Shown one piece after another: positions 49,601 to 60,212 of a stretch of 64,000 bases of DNA (its first letter is position 1; each line of letters begins with the position of its first letter). The notes beneath the pieces are model-generated. The model was given only the letters and a program-made list of their open reading frames with translations. It was not told the origin of the DNA and did not search any database. Source of the stretch: an uncultured bacterium (lineage in GTDB: Bacteria > Bacteroidota > Ignavibacteria > Kapaibacteriales > UBA2268). Where the stretch lies: NCBI GenBank assembly GCA_942490685.1, contig CALNXW010000016.1, positions 3,197,166 through 3,261,165 on the forward strand. The letters are read 5' to 3'. Position numbers and translations under genes: made by a program.

Positions 49601-52090
49601 ATGTCAGAAAAAGAAGATTTATTGAACAACTTGGATATTACGGACAAGGATAATACGAGTATACCGGAAAAGCTTACGGTGCTGCCTTTGAGGGACATTA
49701 TCATTTTCCCAAATATGATTTTCCCCGTACTAATAGGTAGAAATTCCTCTCTAAAAGCTGTTGCAGAGGCAGTCGAAAGAGATAAATTTATTTTTGTTAC
49801 ATCGCAAATGGATCCGCAAGTTGAAGATGCAGGATTTGACGACGTATATCAATACGGAACAACCTGCAAAATAATTCAAGTACTAAGATTGCCTAATAAT
49901 CTGCTAAAGGTACTTGTAGAAGGTGTATTTCAAGGTAAAATTGAACGAAAATATAAAAATGAAGAGTATTTAGAAGCAAAGATTAAAAGAGTTGATGTAA
50001 AGTACAGTGATAAAAATAAAGAGCTGCTGGCTCTTATGAGACATACTTCAGACTTGTTCGAAGATTATGTTAAAACAAACAAGAATATGCCTCCTGAAAT
50101 CATCACTGCTTTTGAAAATATAGACGATCCTGTAAGAAAGTTATATTATGCAGCAGCTAACATTAAAGCAAAAATTGCTGTTAAGCAAGAAATACTGGAA
50201 GAGAGATTTCTAAAGAAACAGTATTTCAAACTTGCTTCCATCCTTAGTTCAGAGCTTGAACTTCTTGAATTGGAAGACGAAATCGATACAAAGATACACG
50301 ATACAATTCAGAAGACTCAAAAGAAGTTTTATATTCAAGAGCAGATCCGAGCTTTGCAAAATGAGCTAGGCGAAGACGAAGAAGTAATTCCTGAACTGGC
50401 AGGCATAAAAGACCTCCTTGAAAAAGCAGGCATGCCTGAAGAAGTAAAAGCAAAGGCTTTCGAAGAATTCGAAAAACTTAAAAAAACTCCAACTATGTCT
50501 CCTGAATATTCAGTAAATCGTACATATTTGGAAATTCTTGCTGCTTTGCCTTGGCATACAAAAACAGATGATAATTTAGATATAGACCACGTAAAATCTA
50601 TACTAAACGAAGACCACTATGCTTTAGATAAACCTAAAGACAGAATTTTAGAATACATTGCTATACTAAATCTTGTAGGCAATTTGAAGAAACAAATTCT
50701 ATGCTTTGTGGGCCCTCCGGGCGTTGGTAAGACTTCATTGGCAAAATCAATTGCCAGAGCTTTAGGCCGAAAATTCGTAAGATTTTCACTGGGCGGAGTA
50801 AGAGACGAAGCAGAAATTCGCGGTCACAGACGTACTTATATCGGAGCAATGCCGGGTAAAATCATGCAATCCATGAAAAAAGCAAGTACAGTAAACCCCG
50901 TAATCCTTTTAGACGAAATTGATAAAATGGCAATGGATTTCAGAGGCGATCCAACCTCCGCACTTTTAGAGGTACTTGATCCTGAGCAAAACGTCAACTT
51001 CAATGATCACTATGTTGAAGTAGATTATGATTTATCAAACGTCTTATTCATTACTACTGCAAATGTGAAGTACGACATTCCACTGCCATTACTTGACAGA
51101 ATGGAAATTATTGAACTTCATAGCTATCTGGAACCGGAAAAACTTGAAATTGCTAAAAGACACATAATTCCAAAAGTTATAAAAGAATATGGTCTTGAAA
51201 ACTTTAACATTGACTTCCGAGATGAGGCAATTTTAAAAGTGATAAATCAATATACAAGAGAAGCCGGTGTTCGTAATCTGGAAAGAGAACTCAGCGGAGT
51301 GCTCCGTAAATTTGCAAAAGGTGTTATCAGCGACTTTGAGACTCAGCCTAAAAAGGATGAAAATATTGAACGTGTTGCCCTAAAAGACAATAAAGACTTC
51401 CAAAAAATGATTAAGAAGTCTAAATATGTAATAGATGAAAACAAGATAGAAGAATATCTAAAAGCTCCTAAGTTCAAAAATAAAAGAGAGAACCTTGCAG
51501 ATAAAGTGGGTGTTGCTACAGGCTTGGCTTGGACTAGTGTAGGCGGAGACATTTTGCCTATAGAAGTCAATATTATGCCTGGAGCTGAAAGACTCACTCT
51601 GACAGGTAAACTGGGCGAAGTCATGAAAGAATCCGGCATGGCAGCTCTTTCTTATATCCGAGCAAATCATAAAGCATTTGGGATCAAAGGTGGATTTAAT
51701 TCCAAGAAAGAAATCCACATTCACGTGCCTGAAGGAGCTATCCCTAAAGACGGTCCTTCTGCAGGGATCACAATGACTTTAGCACTAATTTCGGCAGTCA
51801 CAGGCAAAGCCTTGAGAGGCGATGTGGCTATGACTGGCGAGGTTACTCTAAGAGGCAATGTGCTTCCTATCGGTGGTTTGAAAGAAAAACTTCTGGCAGC
51901 TAAACGTATGGGAATAAAGAAAGTCCTTGTTCCTGAAGACAATATGCGCGATGTAGAAGATATAGCAACTGAAATAAAAGAAGGCTTAGAAATAGTGGCT
52001 GTTAAAATGATTGCAGACGCGCTTCCTCACGCTTTTGTGGAATGGACAAAAGAGGAAGCTCCTATTTTCAAAGCTAAGACAAAAGAATAA
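49601..52090 (+). CDS. lon: ATP-dependent Lon protease (LonA)
   Basis: N-terminal LON domain, AAA+ Walker A GPPGVGKTS, and the C-terminal protease catalytic Ser context PKDGPSAGITM. Confidence 0.95.
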   Translation: MSEKEDLLNNLDITDKDNTSIPEKLTVLPLRDIIIFPNMIFPVLIGRNSSLKAVAEAVERDKFIFVTSQMDPQVEDAGFDDVYQYGTTCKIIQVLRLPNNLLKVLVEGVFQGKIERKYKNEEYLEAKIKRVDVKYSDKNKELLALMRHTSDLFEDYVKTNKNMPPEIITAFENIDDPVRKLYYAAANIKAKIAVKQEILEERFLKKQYFKLASILSSELELLELEDEIDTKIHDTIQKTQKKFYIQEQIRALQNELGEDEEVIPELAGIKDLLEKAGMPEEVKAKAFEEFEKLKKTPTMSPEYSVNRTYLEILAALPWHTKTDDNLDIDHVKSILNEDHYALDKPKDRILEYIAILNLVGNLKKQILCFVGPPGVGKTSLAKSIARALGRKFVRFSLGGVRDEAEIRGHRRTYIGAMPGKIMQSMKKASTVNPVILLDEIDKMAMDFRGDPTSALLEVLDPEQNVNFNDHYVEVDYDLSNVLFITTANVKYDIPLPLLDRMEIIELHSYLEPEKLEIAKRHIIPKVIKEYGLENFNIDFRDEAILKVINQYTREAGVRNLERELSGVLRKFAKGVISDFETQPKKDENIERVALKDNKDFQKMIKKSKYVIDENKIEEYLKAPKFKNKRENLADKVGVATGLAWTSVGGDILPIEVNIMPGAERLTLTGKLGEVMKESGMAALSYIRANHKAFGIKGGFNSKKEIHIHVPEGAIPKDGPSAGITMTLALISAVTGKALRGDVAMTGEVTLRGNVLPIGGLKEKLLAAKRMGIKKVLVPEDNMRDVEDIATEIKEGLEIVAVKMIADALPHAFVEWTKEEAPIFKAKTKE

Positions 52091-52112
52091 ATATCTATTT
52101 TTACCTTAAGAC

Positions 52113-52147
52113 AAGCCCGCTCATATTGATTTAGCGGGCTTTTTTTA
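52113..52147 (+). terminator. Rho-independent terminator after lon
   Basis: AAGCCCGCT-catattgattt-AGCGGGCTT followed by T7. Confidence 0.8.
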
Positions 52148-52317
52148 TATTTATTGGAATTTTCAATTCCTTTTACCAATGAAAGATAAATTGATTATTT
52201 ATACAACCTTCACTGAGCTGAGAGATCTCAATAATTAAGTCCTTTTGTATTTAAAACACAAAATATATATATGCCATGGCGTCTACTAAGCTATATACAG
52301 TATAAAAATATTGAACT

Positions 52318-53592
52318 ATGAAATATATTATTCTTATCTTACTTCTTGCCGCAGCTTTACATGCTGACTATTACTTCCCCCCGACTGATACTGATGAATG
52401 GGAAAGCATTCCAATAGAACAACTTAATTGGGATGCATCTGCCAAAGACAATTTAATAGATAGTCTAAAAAGTTGGAATTCTAAAGCTTTTATTGTCCTC
52501 AAGGACGGCAAAATTGTTATCGAAGAATATATGAATGGTTTTCAGAAAGATAGTATTTGGTACTGGGCATCCGCCGGAAAATCTCTTACTGCTTTTTTAG
52601 TAGGTCTTGCTCAAGAACAAAACTATCTCGACATTAATGACAAAACCAGTACCTACTTGGGTACAAACTGGACTTCATTAGACAAAGAACAAGAAGAGTT
52701 AATTACTATCCGCCACCAACTCACTATGACCACAGGCCTAGATTATAGTGCCGATCTAGACTGTACAGACCCCGAATGTCTGAAATATTTTGCTCCTGCC
52801 GGAAGCTCCTGGTATTATCATAACGCTCCATATACATTACTTCATCCGGTAATAGAAGCTGCAACGAAACAAAAAATAAACCTCTTTTTATATGAGAATA
52901 TTTCCAAAAAGACAGGAATAGAAGGTGCTTTTTTTGAAACAGGTTATAATTCTTTATTCCTCAGCAAAGCGAGATCTATGGCAAGATTTGGCTCCTTGAT
53001 GCTCAATAATGGAACTTGGAATCAGCATCAGATAATGCAAGACACAGCATATCTTCAAGAGATGATCAATACATCGCAAAACTTAAATAAATCCTATGGA
53101 TACCTTTGGTGGTTAAATGGAAAGTCAGAGTGTATGCTCCCAGGTTCTGACCATGTTTTTAATACTGACATATTCCAAGGCCTGCCATTAGACTCATACG
53201 CAGCCCTAGGAAAAAATGGTCAGATATTACTTATAGTTCCAAGCATGAACTTAGTACTGGTCAGAATGGGAGAGTCAAACGACAAAGCCCTGGTTTCAAT
53301 AGGTCTGGTCAATGATATATGGAGAGAAATGACTAAGCTTTTTGGACAATCTTCCCTAAAAATTGAAAAAGAAAATAAACCCAATGTTTTTCTATTTGAT
53401 TCTCAACTAGTTCTCGATAATCTTGATCATTATTCCAAAATAGAAGTATACAATGCTATCGGGCAGCTGCTGATGAAAGACAAAAGTGGAGTTACAGGCA
53501 GTTTAGAGCTTAACTTCAAAGACAAAATATTTTTTGTAAGAGTAGTTTCAAAGTCAAACTCATTTTGGTTTAATTTTATTCGCACTGATTAA
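52318..53592 (+). CDS. Beta-lactamase-fold serine hydrolase with a T9SS C-terminal sorting domain
   Basis: Signal peptide. SAGKS (SxxK) nucleophile motif. The final approximately 70 aa are T9SS-CTD-like (…KIEVYNAIGQLLMKDKS…FFVRVVS…). Confidence 0.65.
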   Translation: MKYIILILLLAAALHADYYFPPTDTDEWESIPIEQLNWDASAKDNLIDSLKSWNSKAFIVLKDGKIVIEEYMNGFQKDSIWYWASAGKSLTAFLVGLAQEQNYLDINDKTSTYLGTNWTSLDKEQEELITIRHQLTMTTGLDYSADLDCTDPECLKYFAPAGSSWYYHNAPYTLLHPVIEAATKQKINLFLYENISKKTGIEGAFFETGYNSLFLSKARSMARFGSLMLNNGTWNQHQIMQDTAYLQEMINTSQNLNKSYGYLWWLNGKSECMLPGSDHVFNTDIFQGLPLDSYAALGKNGQILLIVPSMNLVLVRMGESNDKALVSIGLVNDIWREMTKLFGQSSLKIEKENKPNVFLFDSQLVLDNLDHYSKIEVYNAIGQLLMKDKSGVTGSLELNFKDKIFFVRVVSKSNSFWFNFIRTD

Positions 53593-53790
53593 TAGTAATT
53601 TGCTCCGAATATTTTAACGCAATACGAATCATTTTCATAATCTATATCTTCATCTGCCGGTGTTAATTCTATCTCTCTTAAAATAATATCACAATTTATC
53701 CCTCGAAATACTTATAGGCATAGAGCCTCTTTCCATTATCAAAATGATCATCTTAAGAATATTATTATATTCACAATATAGATTCCGCTT

Positions 53791-55977
53791 ATGAAAGAAA
53801 CCCATCAACTGGACACTATAGCAATCACGGTTAAGTCCCACAGATTGCTGAAAAAATTGCTCAAAGAAAATCCTTTGCTCGAAGAAATATTAGTAAACTC
53901 AAAAAATGAAACAGAGGCCTTGGTTGGAGTTAGGAACTGGGCTCTTGAGGAATTAAAAAACAATCCTATTGCTTATAAATTTTATAAAAAGGAAGCAATG
54001 GATCGCCAAACTTTTGAGAAGTTGGGATGGAAAGATTTCGCTAATATCAGAATCCTGGATTATATTGATAATGCAGGCAGAGCTTACGTTGATCCTAATC
54101 TGCATAACGACAAAGCTGTTAATAACCCAATCAAACTGCTTTGGTTGGCAGTGAGATATGGAACCGGAGGCGCGAAGCCATTTTTCTTTGAGGATATGCT
54201 GCACCTCTTCCGCCAATTCAGTGGTACGGAAAAACGCACTATGCCGACCAAAAATCAAATTCTGGAATGGATGGATAGATTCCCTACCGGTCTTGATCCA
54301 CGAATAGTCCAACTCAGAGAGGAAAACAAAACAAGAATTATAGAAATATTGATAGAAAAAATTGATTCCGGCGAAATTTCTGACAGTAAGTACAAATTCA
54401 CAGAGAAGATGTCACACGAGCAAAAATATATGCAAATGCTTGAGTGGTGGAATGAAAGTCAGTTCCATCTTCGATTTGCAGTCAGAAGCCCTAAACTTCT
54501 CAATGAATTGCTCGGCAATTCTCTTGATCCCGACACAATGGAGTTGCTTTATAGAGCAGAAGAAAGAGGCATCCCATTTTTTGTAAATCCTTATTACTTA
54601 TCTCTATTGCATGTTCGTGTACCTTACTTTGCAATTGGTGCAGACCTTGCAATAAGATATTACGTAATTTACAGCCGTGAACTGATAAACGAATACGGCT
54701 CAATAGTGGCTTGGGAAAAAGAGGATATTGTTGAGCCCGGGAAACCAAATGCAGCCGGCTGGATACTTCCTTCGCATAACAATGTTCACAGAAGATATCC
54801 TGAAGTTGCCATTTTGATACCCGACACTGTTGGCAGAGCCTGCGGTGGTTTATGTGCCTCTTGCCAGAGGATGTATGATTTCCAAAGAGGTAATCTGAAT
54901 TTCAATCTAGACAAGCTCAAAGAGAAAGAGACTTGGTCGGACAAGTTAAAAAAACTAATGGATTATTTTGAAAATGATTCGCAGCTAAGAGACATTCTTA
55001 TCACAGGTGGCGATGCCCTTATGAGTACCGACAAGTCGTTGAAAAAAATACTTGATGCTATTTACGACATGGCTCTAAGAAAAAAAGAAGCCAACAAAAG
55101 CCGCCCTGAAGGTCAGAAATATGCTGAATTCCAGAGAGTTCGTTTGGGTTCAAGACTTCCGGTTTACCTGCCTCAGAGAATTACTCCTGAATTGCAGGAA
55201 ATACTTGCTGACTTCAAGAAAAAAGCATCTGCTATCGGCATTAAACAATTCATACTTCAAACGCACTTCGAATCTCCAATGGAAGTGACTCCTGTAGCTA
55301 AAGCAGGAATCAGAAGATTTATAGAAGCCGGCTGGACAGTCACAAATCAGCATGTTTTTACGGCGGCTTCTTCTCGTCGTGGGCATACTAACAAATTAAG
55401 AAAGATATTAAATGATATCGGAGTATTGACATATTACACTTTCAGTGTAAAAGGCTATATGGAAAACCACTTTAACTTTGCTACCAATGAAAGGGCTTTG
55501 CAAGAGCAAATAGAAGAAAAAATAATTGGCAGCATACCTGAACAATATTTTGAAGAGATAAAAGAATTTCCTTCAGACGCAGAGAATATGGTTGAACACA
55601 TTGCTGCAATGAAAGAAAAAACAAACTTGCCATTCTTAGCAACTGACCGCAATGTACTTAATCTGCCCGGTGTGGGAAAATCTCTTTCATTCCGAACGAT
55701 AGGCATAACCCGTTACGGTCGCCGAATCTTAGAATTTGGATTTGATGCTACCAGAAATCACAGCCCATTAGTACATGATATGGATAATGTGATTATTATA
55801 GAATCAAAATCCATCGCTGAGTATCTGCAACAGTTAACTGACTTGGGCGAAGAGCGAGAGGAATATGCCGACATCTGGGGCTACTCTCTAGGAGAAACTG
55901 AGCCAAGAATTCCAATATACGAATACCCTGAATATGATTTCGAGGTGAGCGAAGAGGTTACTAATCTAGGAGATTAG
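53791..55977 (+). CDS. KamA-family (lysine-2,3-aminomutase-like) radical-SAM protein with an approximately 330-aa N-terminal extension
   Basis: CGGLCASC (CX3CX2C) radical-SAM motif at about residue 350, followed by ITGGDAL (compare the SGGDPL of KamA). The N-terminal third has no match I recognise. Confidence 0.6.
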   Translation: MKETHQLDTIAITVKSHRLLKKLLKENPLLEEILVNSKNETEALVGVRNWALEELKNNPIAYKFYKKEAMDRQTFEKLGWKDFANIRILDYIDNAGRAYVDPNLHNDKAVNNPIKLLWLAVRYGTGGAKPFFFEDMLHLFRQFSGTEKRTMPTKNQILEWMDRFPTGLDPRIVQLREENKTRIIEILIEKIDSGEISDSKYKFTEKMSHEQKYMQMLEWWNESQFHLRFAVRSPKLLNELLGNSLDPDTMELLYRAEERGIPFFVNPYYLSLLHVRVPYFAIGADLAIRYYVIYSRELINEYGSIVAWEKEDIVEPGKPNAAGWILPSHNNVHRRYPEVAILIPDTVGRACGGLCASCQRMYDFQRGNLNFNLDKLKEKETWSDKLKKLMDYFENDSQLRDILITGGDALMSTDKSLKKILDAIYDMALRKKEANKSRPEGQKYAEFQRVRLGSRLPVYLPQRITPELQEILADFKKKASAIGIKQFILQTHFESPMEVTPVAKAGIRRFIEAGWTVTNQHVFTAASSRRGHTNKLRKILNDIGVLTYYTFSVKGYMENHFNFATNERALQEQIEEKIIGSIPEQYFEEIKEFPSDAENMVEHIAAMKEKTNLPFLATDRNVLNLPGVGKSLSFRTIGITRYGRRILEFGFDATRNHSPLVHDMDNVIIIESKSIAEYLQQLTDLGEEREEYADIWGYSLGETEPRIPIYEYPEYDFEVSEEVTNLGD

Positions 55978-56002
55978 AGACATAGATTTATTTGAACATA
56001 AA

Positions 56003-56047
56003 AAATCCGCATCAGGTCCCAAAACACCCAATGCGGATTATTTTTTA
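56003..56047. terminator. Bidirectional rho-independent terminator
   Basis: AAAAATCCGCAT-(loop)-ATGCGGATT followed by T7, between convergent genes. Confidence 0.75.
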
Positions 56048-56066
56048 TCTTGTATGTCTGTAAGTC

Positions 56067-57572
56067 TTATTTGTCGCAGATATAGTCGTTCCAGTTAACG
56101 CCTCTCATGTCTCCGTCTTTTTGGAATTTGATGTGCATACCAAATGCAGCAGCCAAATCAGTTGGTGTGTGAGTATGATCACCTGTCAATTTAACATAAT
56201 CCCAGAGTTGCTCTCTGTAATCAGGGTGAACACAATTTTCTATAATAGCTCTCATTTTTTCTTTTGGAGACTTAGATCTTAAGTCAGCAATACCTTGCTC
56301 AGTGATGATAATTTGTACTGAGTGCTCATTATGATCTACGTGAGAAACCATAGGAACAAAAGCACTGATTTTACCACCTTTAGCTACTGAAGGGCAAGTA
56401 AAAATAGAGATATAAGCGTTACGAGTAAAGTCACCTGAACCGCCAATCCCGTTCATCATTTTAGAACCAAGAACCTGAGTACTGTTTACGTGACCGAATA
56501 AATCGCATTCCAAAGCAGTATTGATAGAAATAATACCAATTCTTCTTGCGATTTCAGGGTTATTAGAAATTTCCTGAGGTCTAAGAACTACTTTATCTTT
56601 AAAGAAATCAAGATTTTCGTAGATTTTTAGTAACTGATCATCAGATACAGTCAATGAACAGCCGGAAGCAAATTTAATTCTGCCTTCGAACATCAAGTCA
56701 ATAACTGAATCCTGGATAACTTCAGTGTACATTTCAAAATTTGGAATATCTTTATCTTTACCCAATGCACCTAAAACTGCATTAGCAATATTACCAACAC
56801 CGGATTGGATAGGCAAGAAAGATTCAGGGATTCTTCCGTCTTTCAATTCTTTTGCTAAAAATGCTGCTACGTTTCTACCGATTTGGTTAGTAACTTCATC
56901 TGTAGCAGAGAAAGCACCAACGCCATCAGGAGCATTAGTTTTTACAACACCAACGATTTTTGCAGGGTCAACTTTAATTACTGCACTTCCTGCTCTGTCA
57001 CTTGCACTGTAAACAGGGATTTCTCTTCTATGTGGAGGATCTAAAGGCACATGTATGTCGTGTAATCCTCTTAGAGCTTTTGGATGATATTCGTTTAGCT
57101 CGATCAAAATTTTGTCTGCTACCTGGCAAATAGAAGGAGAAATACCAACACCAGTAGTAAGTACTATTTCACCATCTTCAGTCACATCACAAGCTTCGAT
57201 GACGCCCCATTTCATTTTACCTAAAAATCCGTAACGTAAGTTTTGTGCAACTACAGAAAGGTGAGAATCAAAATACTCAGCTTTACCGCTATTAATTGCA
57301 TTTCTCAAATCTTTGTTAGATTGGTAAGGGGTTCTGAAAGCAACAGCATCTGCTCTTGCTAAAGCACCATCAAGGTCATCGCCTGTTGAAGCACCTGTGA
57401 TAACACCAATTTTAAATGGGTTACCATCAGCATGAATTTTTTTTGCCATTTCACCTATTGCTGTAGGAATTGCTTTCGCTGCTCCGGCAGGAGTAAAACC
57501 GCTAAATCCAACTATATCGCCATGCTCAATATGAGAAGCAGCTTCTTCTGCAGAAATAAAATTCAGAGCCAT
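56067..57572 (-). CDS. Acetyl-CoA hydrolase/transferase family protein (succinyl-CoA:acetate/propionate CoA-transferase-like)
   Basis: Collinear with YgfH/ScpC-type proteins (…VGFSGFTPAGAAKAIPTAI…, …GIGGSGDF…). The start is placed at MALNF, which has a GAAGGA RBS. Confidence 0.85.
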   Translation of the reverse strand: MALNFISAEEAASHIEHGDIVGFSGFTPAGAAKAIPTAIGEMAKKIHADGNPFKIGVITGASTGDDLDGALARADAVAFRTPYQSNKDLRNAINSGKAEYFDSHLSVVAQNLRYGFLGKMKWGVIEACDVTEDGEIVLTTGVGISPSICQVADKILIELNEYHPKALRGLHDIHVPLDPPHRREIPVYSASDRAGSAVIKVDPAKIVGVVKTNAPDGVGAFSATDEVTNQIGRNVAAFLAKELKDGRIPESFLPIQSGVGNIANAVLGALGKDKDIPNFEMYTEVIQDSVIDLMFEGRIKFASGCSLTVSDDQLLKIYENLDFFKDKVVLRPQEISNNPEIARRIGIISINTALECDLFGHVNSTQVLGSKMMNGIGGSGDFTRNAYISIFTCPSVAKGGKISAFVPMVSHVDHNEHSVQIIITEQGIADLRSKSPKEKMRAIIENCVHPDYREQLWDYVKLTGDHTHTPTDLAAAFGMHIKFQKDGDMRGVNWNDYICDK

Positions 57573-58002
57573 ATCTAAAATCCTTCTTTTACTTTTAAAA
57601 GCTCTAAACATATAAGAGACTTATGTTTAGATATTTCAACCGTACAAATTTAAAATTTTTGTGCATAAGGAGACAATTTAATTTACCCCTATATTAACAG
57701 TGGATTAATAGACGCATTGTATAGAGGAAATATATTATTTGTCGAATATTACATTTCTACTTGCAATTATACATATTTAGCATCTATAATTTGAATCGTT
57801 AATGTTGGTATTTTTACCGGGCATCAATACTGACATAGATAGGCTTGCAAAAGAAATCAAGACACAGTTTATATTTAAGTAAAATGTCTAGATTTTAAAT
57901 ATCACTACTAAGTAGTGTAGTTTGTTGTTTATTGATTTTTTCTAACTGTGAAAATTTTATCGAATAACAAGAATTAATATTTTACTAAACAAACAATATT
58001 GA

Positions 58003-59145
58003 TTATTGTAATCCATTGATATAATATGAGTTATCAAAAAAGCTATTGTATTCTGCCAATAGACTTTTATTCCGCTCTATTGCAAATCGTTTATATTTTT
58101 CTATTTCTTTGTCCAAATTATAAAAATATCCAAGGTAGGGATCTATATGATATACATCAGCAATTTTTGATTTATATTTATCAAAATATTCCGGTATATG
58201 AGGCATGCAATTTTTAAGTTGATATAAAAACTCTTTAGCATATTCTATTCGAATCTCTTTACTTTTTAGAAGAGTAGCTATTATTTCGTTATCAGCATAA
58301 AATCTGAAATTTGCAATATTGCTTAGAAGGTTATCTAAATCCCAAGGTATAAACTTAATTGGCCCGCCTAATCTCTCTGTATACATTAGTATATTGTTTC
58401 TCTGCGCATCATGATTAGCAAGGATCGTCATTGCAACGTGGAATTTCAAAAAGCTATCAATATCAATATATTCCTTTGACCTCTCATAAATCTGTTCTGG
58501 CGGTGTGTGATCTAAAAACTCGAAGAACTTTGTTAAGGTAGTTAAACTGTTTCCATCAGGATATTCCCTGCGAAAATAATTTTCAGGGAACGGGTTATTG
58601 ACATTGGTAAACTTTGCATTGAAGCCTCCTTCAAAAATCTCTGCTACAGGTTTATTTCTTCTGTCGAAATAAGACTTCTCAAATCTTTCTATTAAGGGAT
58701 AAAAAGAGATGTCACCATGATTAAGAGAAACAGCAACCGGATAAATATCATACATTTCAAACCCCAGGTTTGCAAAGTACTCTTTAGCTACTAAAGGCAA
58801 AAGTCCTGTTTTATCAATAATATTAGCTGATAAATTGAATTCTTTCAAACCTCTGAAATCACCTTCTTTCAGCTCAACTTTGTATCCCCATTTATTCATA
58901 TATCTGGAGCCGGCACCTAAAGCACGAATTCTACCCTGCAAATTATCATTCTCTTTTTTTAAGTACATTGGTACATAATAGTTTTTTATCTTATTTGATT
59001 TAAGCTGAATATAGTCTTCATGTTCAATACCAATTTCCAGATAGTCAATCTGCAAATTTTGCAATACTGGGTTTAGTGAATGATCTGAATTGCATCCTAA
59101 AAAGAAGCTTATTGCAATGAGTATGGATGAAAAATATCGCATCAA
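58003..59145 (-). CDS. CotH-kinase-family lipoprotein
   Basis: Lipobox FFLGCNS. CotH-like blocks including …IPWDLDNL… I am relying on recall of that family for the match. Confidence 0.5.
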   Translation of the reverse strand: MMRYFSSILIAISFFLGCNSDHSLNPVLQNLQIDYLEIGIEHEDYIQLKSNKIKNYYVPMYLKKENDNLQGRIRALGAGSRYMNKWGYKVELKEGDFRGLKEFNLSANIIDKTGLLPLVAKEYFANLGFEMYDIYPVAVSLNHGDISFYPLIERFEKSYFDRRNKPVAEIFEGGFNAKFTNVNNPFPENYFRREYPDGNSLTTLTKFFEFLDHTPPEQIYERSKEYIDIDSFLKFHVAMTILANHDAQRNNILMYTERLGGPIKFIPWDLDNLLSNIANFRFYADNEIIATLLKSKEIRIEYAKEFLYQLKNCMPHIPEYFDKYKSKIADVYHIDPYLGYFYNLDKEIEKYKRFAIERNKSLLAEYNSFFDNSYYINGLQ

Positions 59146-60212
59146 AATCTCGCCATAATCTGAATCAGAAACTGAGAAGCCTCTGAGTTATAATCATCTG
59201 AGTCTTTATTGGTCATAAACATCAGGTCTGCATTTAGGCGTACTATAACATCGTGATGAATATAGAAATTACATCCAATTAGAGATTGTAAGGCATGAGT
59301 TCCCTTTTCAGAAAACTCAGGGAAAAAAGATCCGATCATCATAATTGGCTGTATTTTTCTAAGAAACTTGTATGAGAAATTGAATTCATAAGCCGCATAT
59401 AATTTAGATCCACCTGAAAAGAATCTTTCATCAATATTGTTCCCGGTTTCAGTATTGAATTTAATTCTCCTCAATATTTCTTCCGGATTTTGCACAAATG
59501 CAAGCTCATAAGCAATAATGAAATTTTTCTTTTCATACTCTATCTCAAATCCAAGTCCATGTGTGCGAATCTTATCAGCTCCATACCTCGAAAGCAGCAT
59601 GTAGGAACCACCAATACTGAAGTCATCATCAGGATAGTAGAGTGCACGAGCTACACCGCCGGCATAAACACCGTTATTTCTAAATAAGGCAAGGTTGTAA
59701 GCAAAAGGAAAATCTGCTTCATCTTTATCATATTTGTGATATAACATAACAGAAGTATTTCTACCGCCATATCCCATTTCACTAATTTTTTGCTGATGGT
59801 ATGAGCGCTCTATTGTAAGTAAATCTTCTCTATTGATAAGGTATTCATATCCAAAAGGCTTCTTTAAATTGCCCACTTTCAGATTCATATAGTCATGTAA
59901 TCTCAATTTAAGAGAGAACTCCCTGAGTTCTACTATATTATCATAAGAATCACCACGAAAATCAATCTGAGCTTCTATATCCTCATTATATATCATTTCG
60001 CACTGGATTTTACCTTCGTAATAGGTGAGCTGTGTGTCGTGGTTAAAATATTCCATTGTGCTCACGTTAAATCCGGAAGCACCATATCCGGACACTTTAA
60101 CATCTGCTGCATTAGAATATAAGTAAGTGGATAAAACAAGAACTAATGAGAGTAGAAGAGTGCAAAGTTCATGCTTCGTAAGAACATTTAGCCGGGCACT
60201 CTTAAGATTCAT
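59142..60212 (-). CDS. Hypothetical outer-membrane beta-barrel protein
   Basis: Signal peptide, alternating beta pattern, C-terminal …ARF. Four-nt overlaps with both neighbours. Confidence 0.5.
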   Translation of the reverse strand: MNLKSARLNVLTKHELCTLLLSLVLVLSTYLYSNAADVKVSGYGASGFNVSTMEYFNHDTQLTYYEGKIQCEMIYNEDIEAQIDFRGDSYDNIVELREFSLKLRLHDYMNLKVGNLKKPFGYEYLINREDLLTIERSYHQQKISEMGYGGRNTSVMLYHKYDKDEADFPFAYNLALFRNNGVYAGGVARALYYPDDDFSIGGSYMLLSRYGADKIRTHGLGFEIEYEKKNFIIAYELAFVQNPEEILRRIKFNTETGNNIDERFFSGGSKLYAAYEFNFSYKFLRKIQPIMMIGSFFPEFSEKGTHALQSLIGCNFYIHHDVIVRLNADLMFMTNKDSDDYNSEASQFLIQIMARF

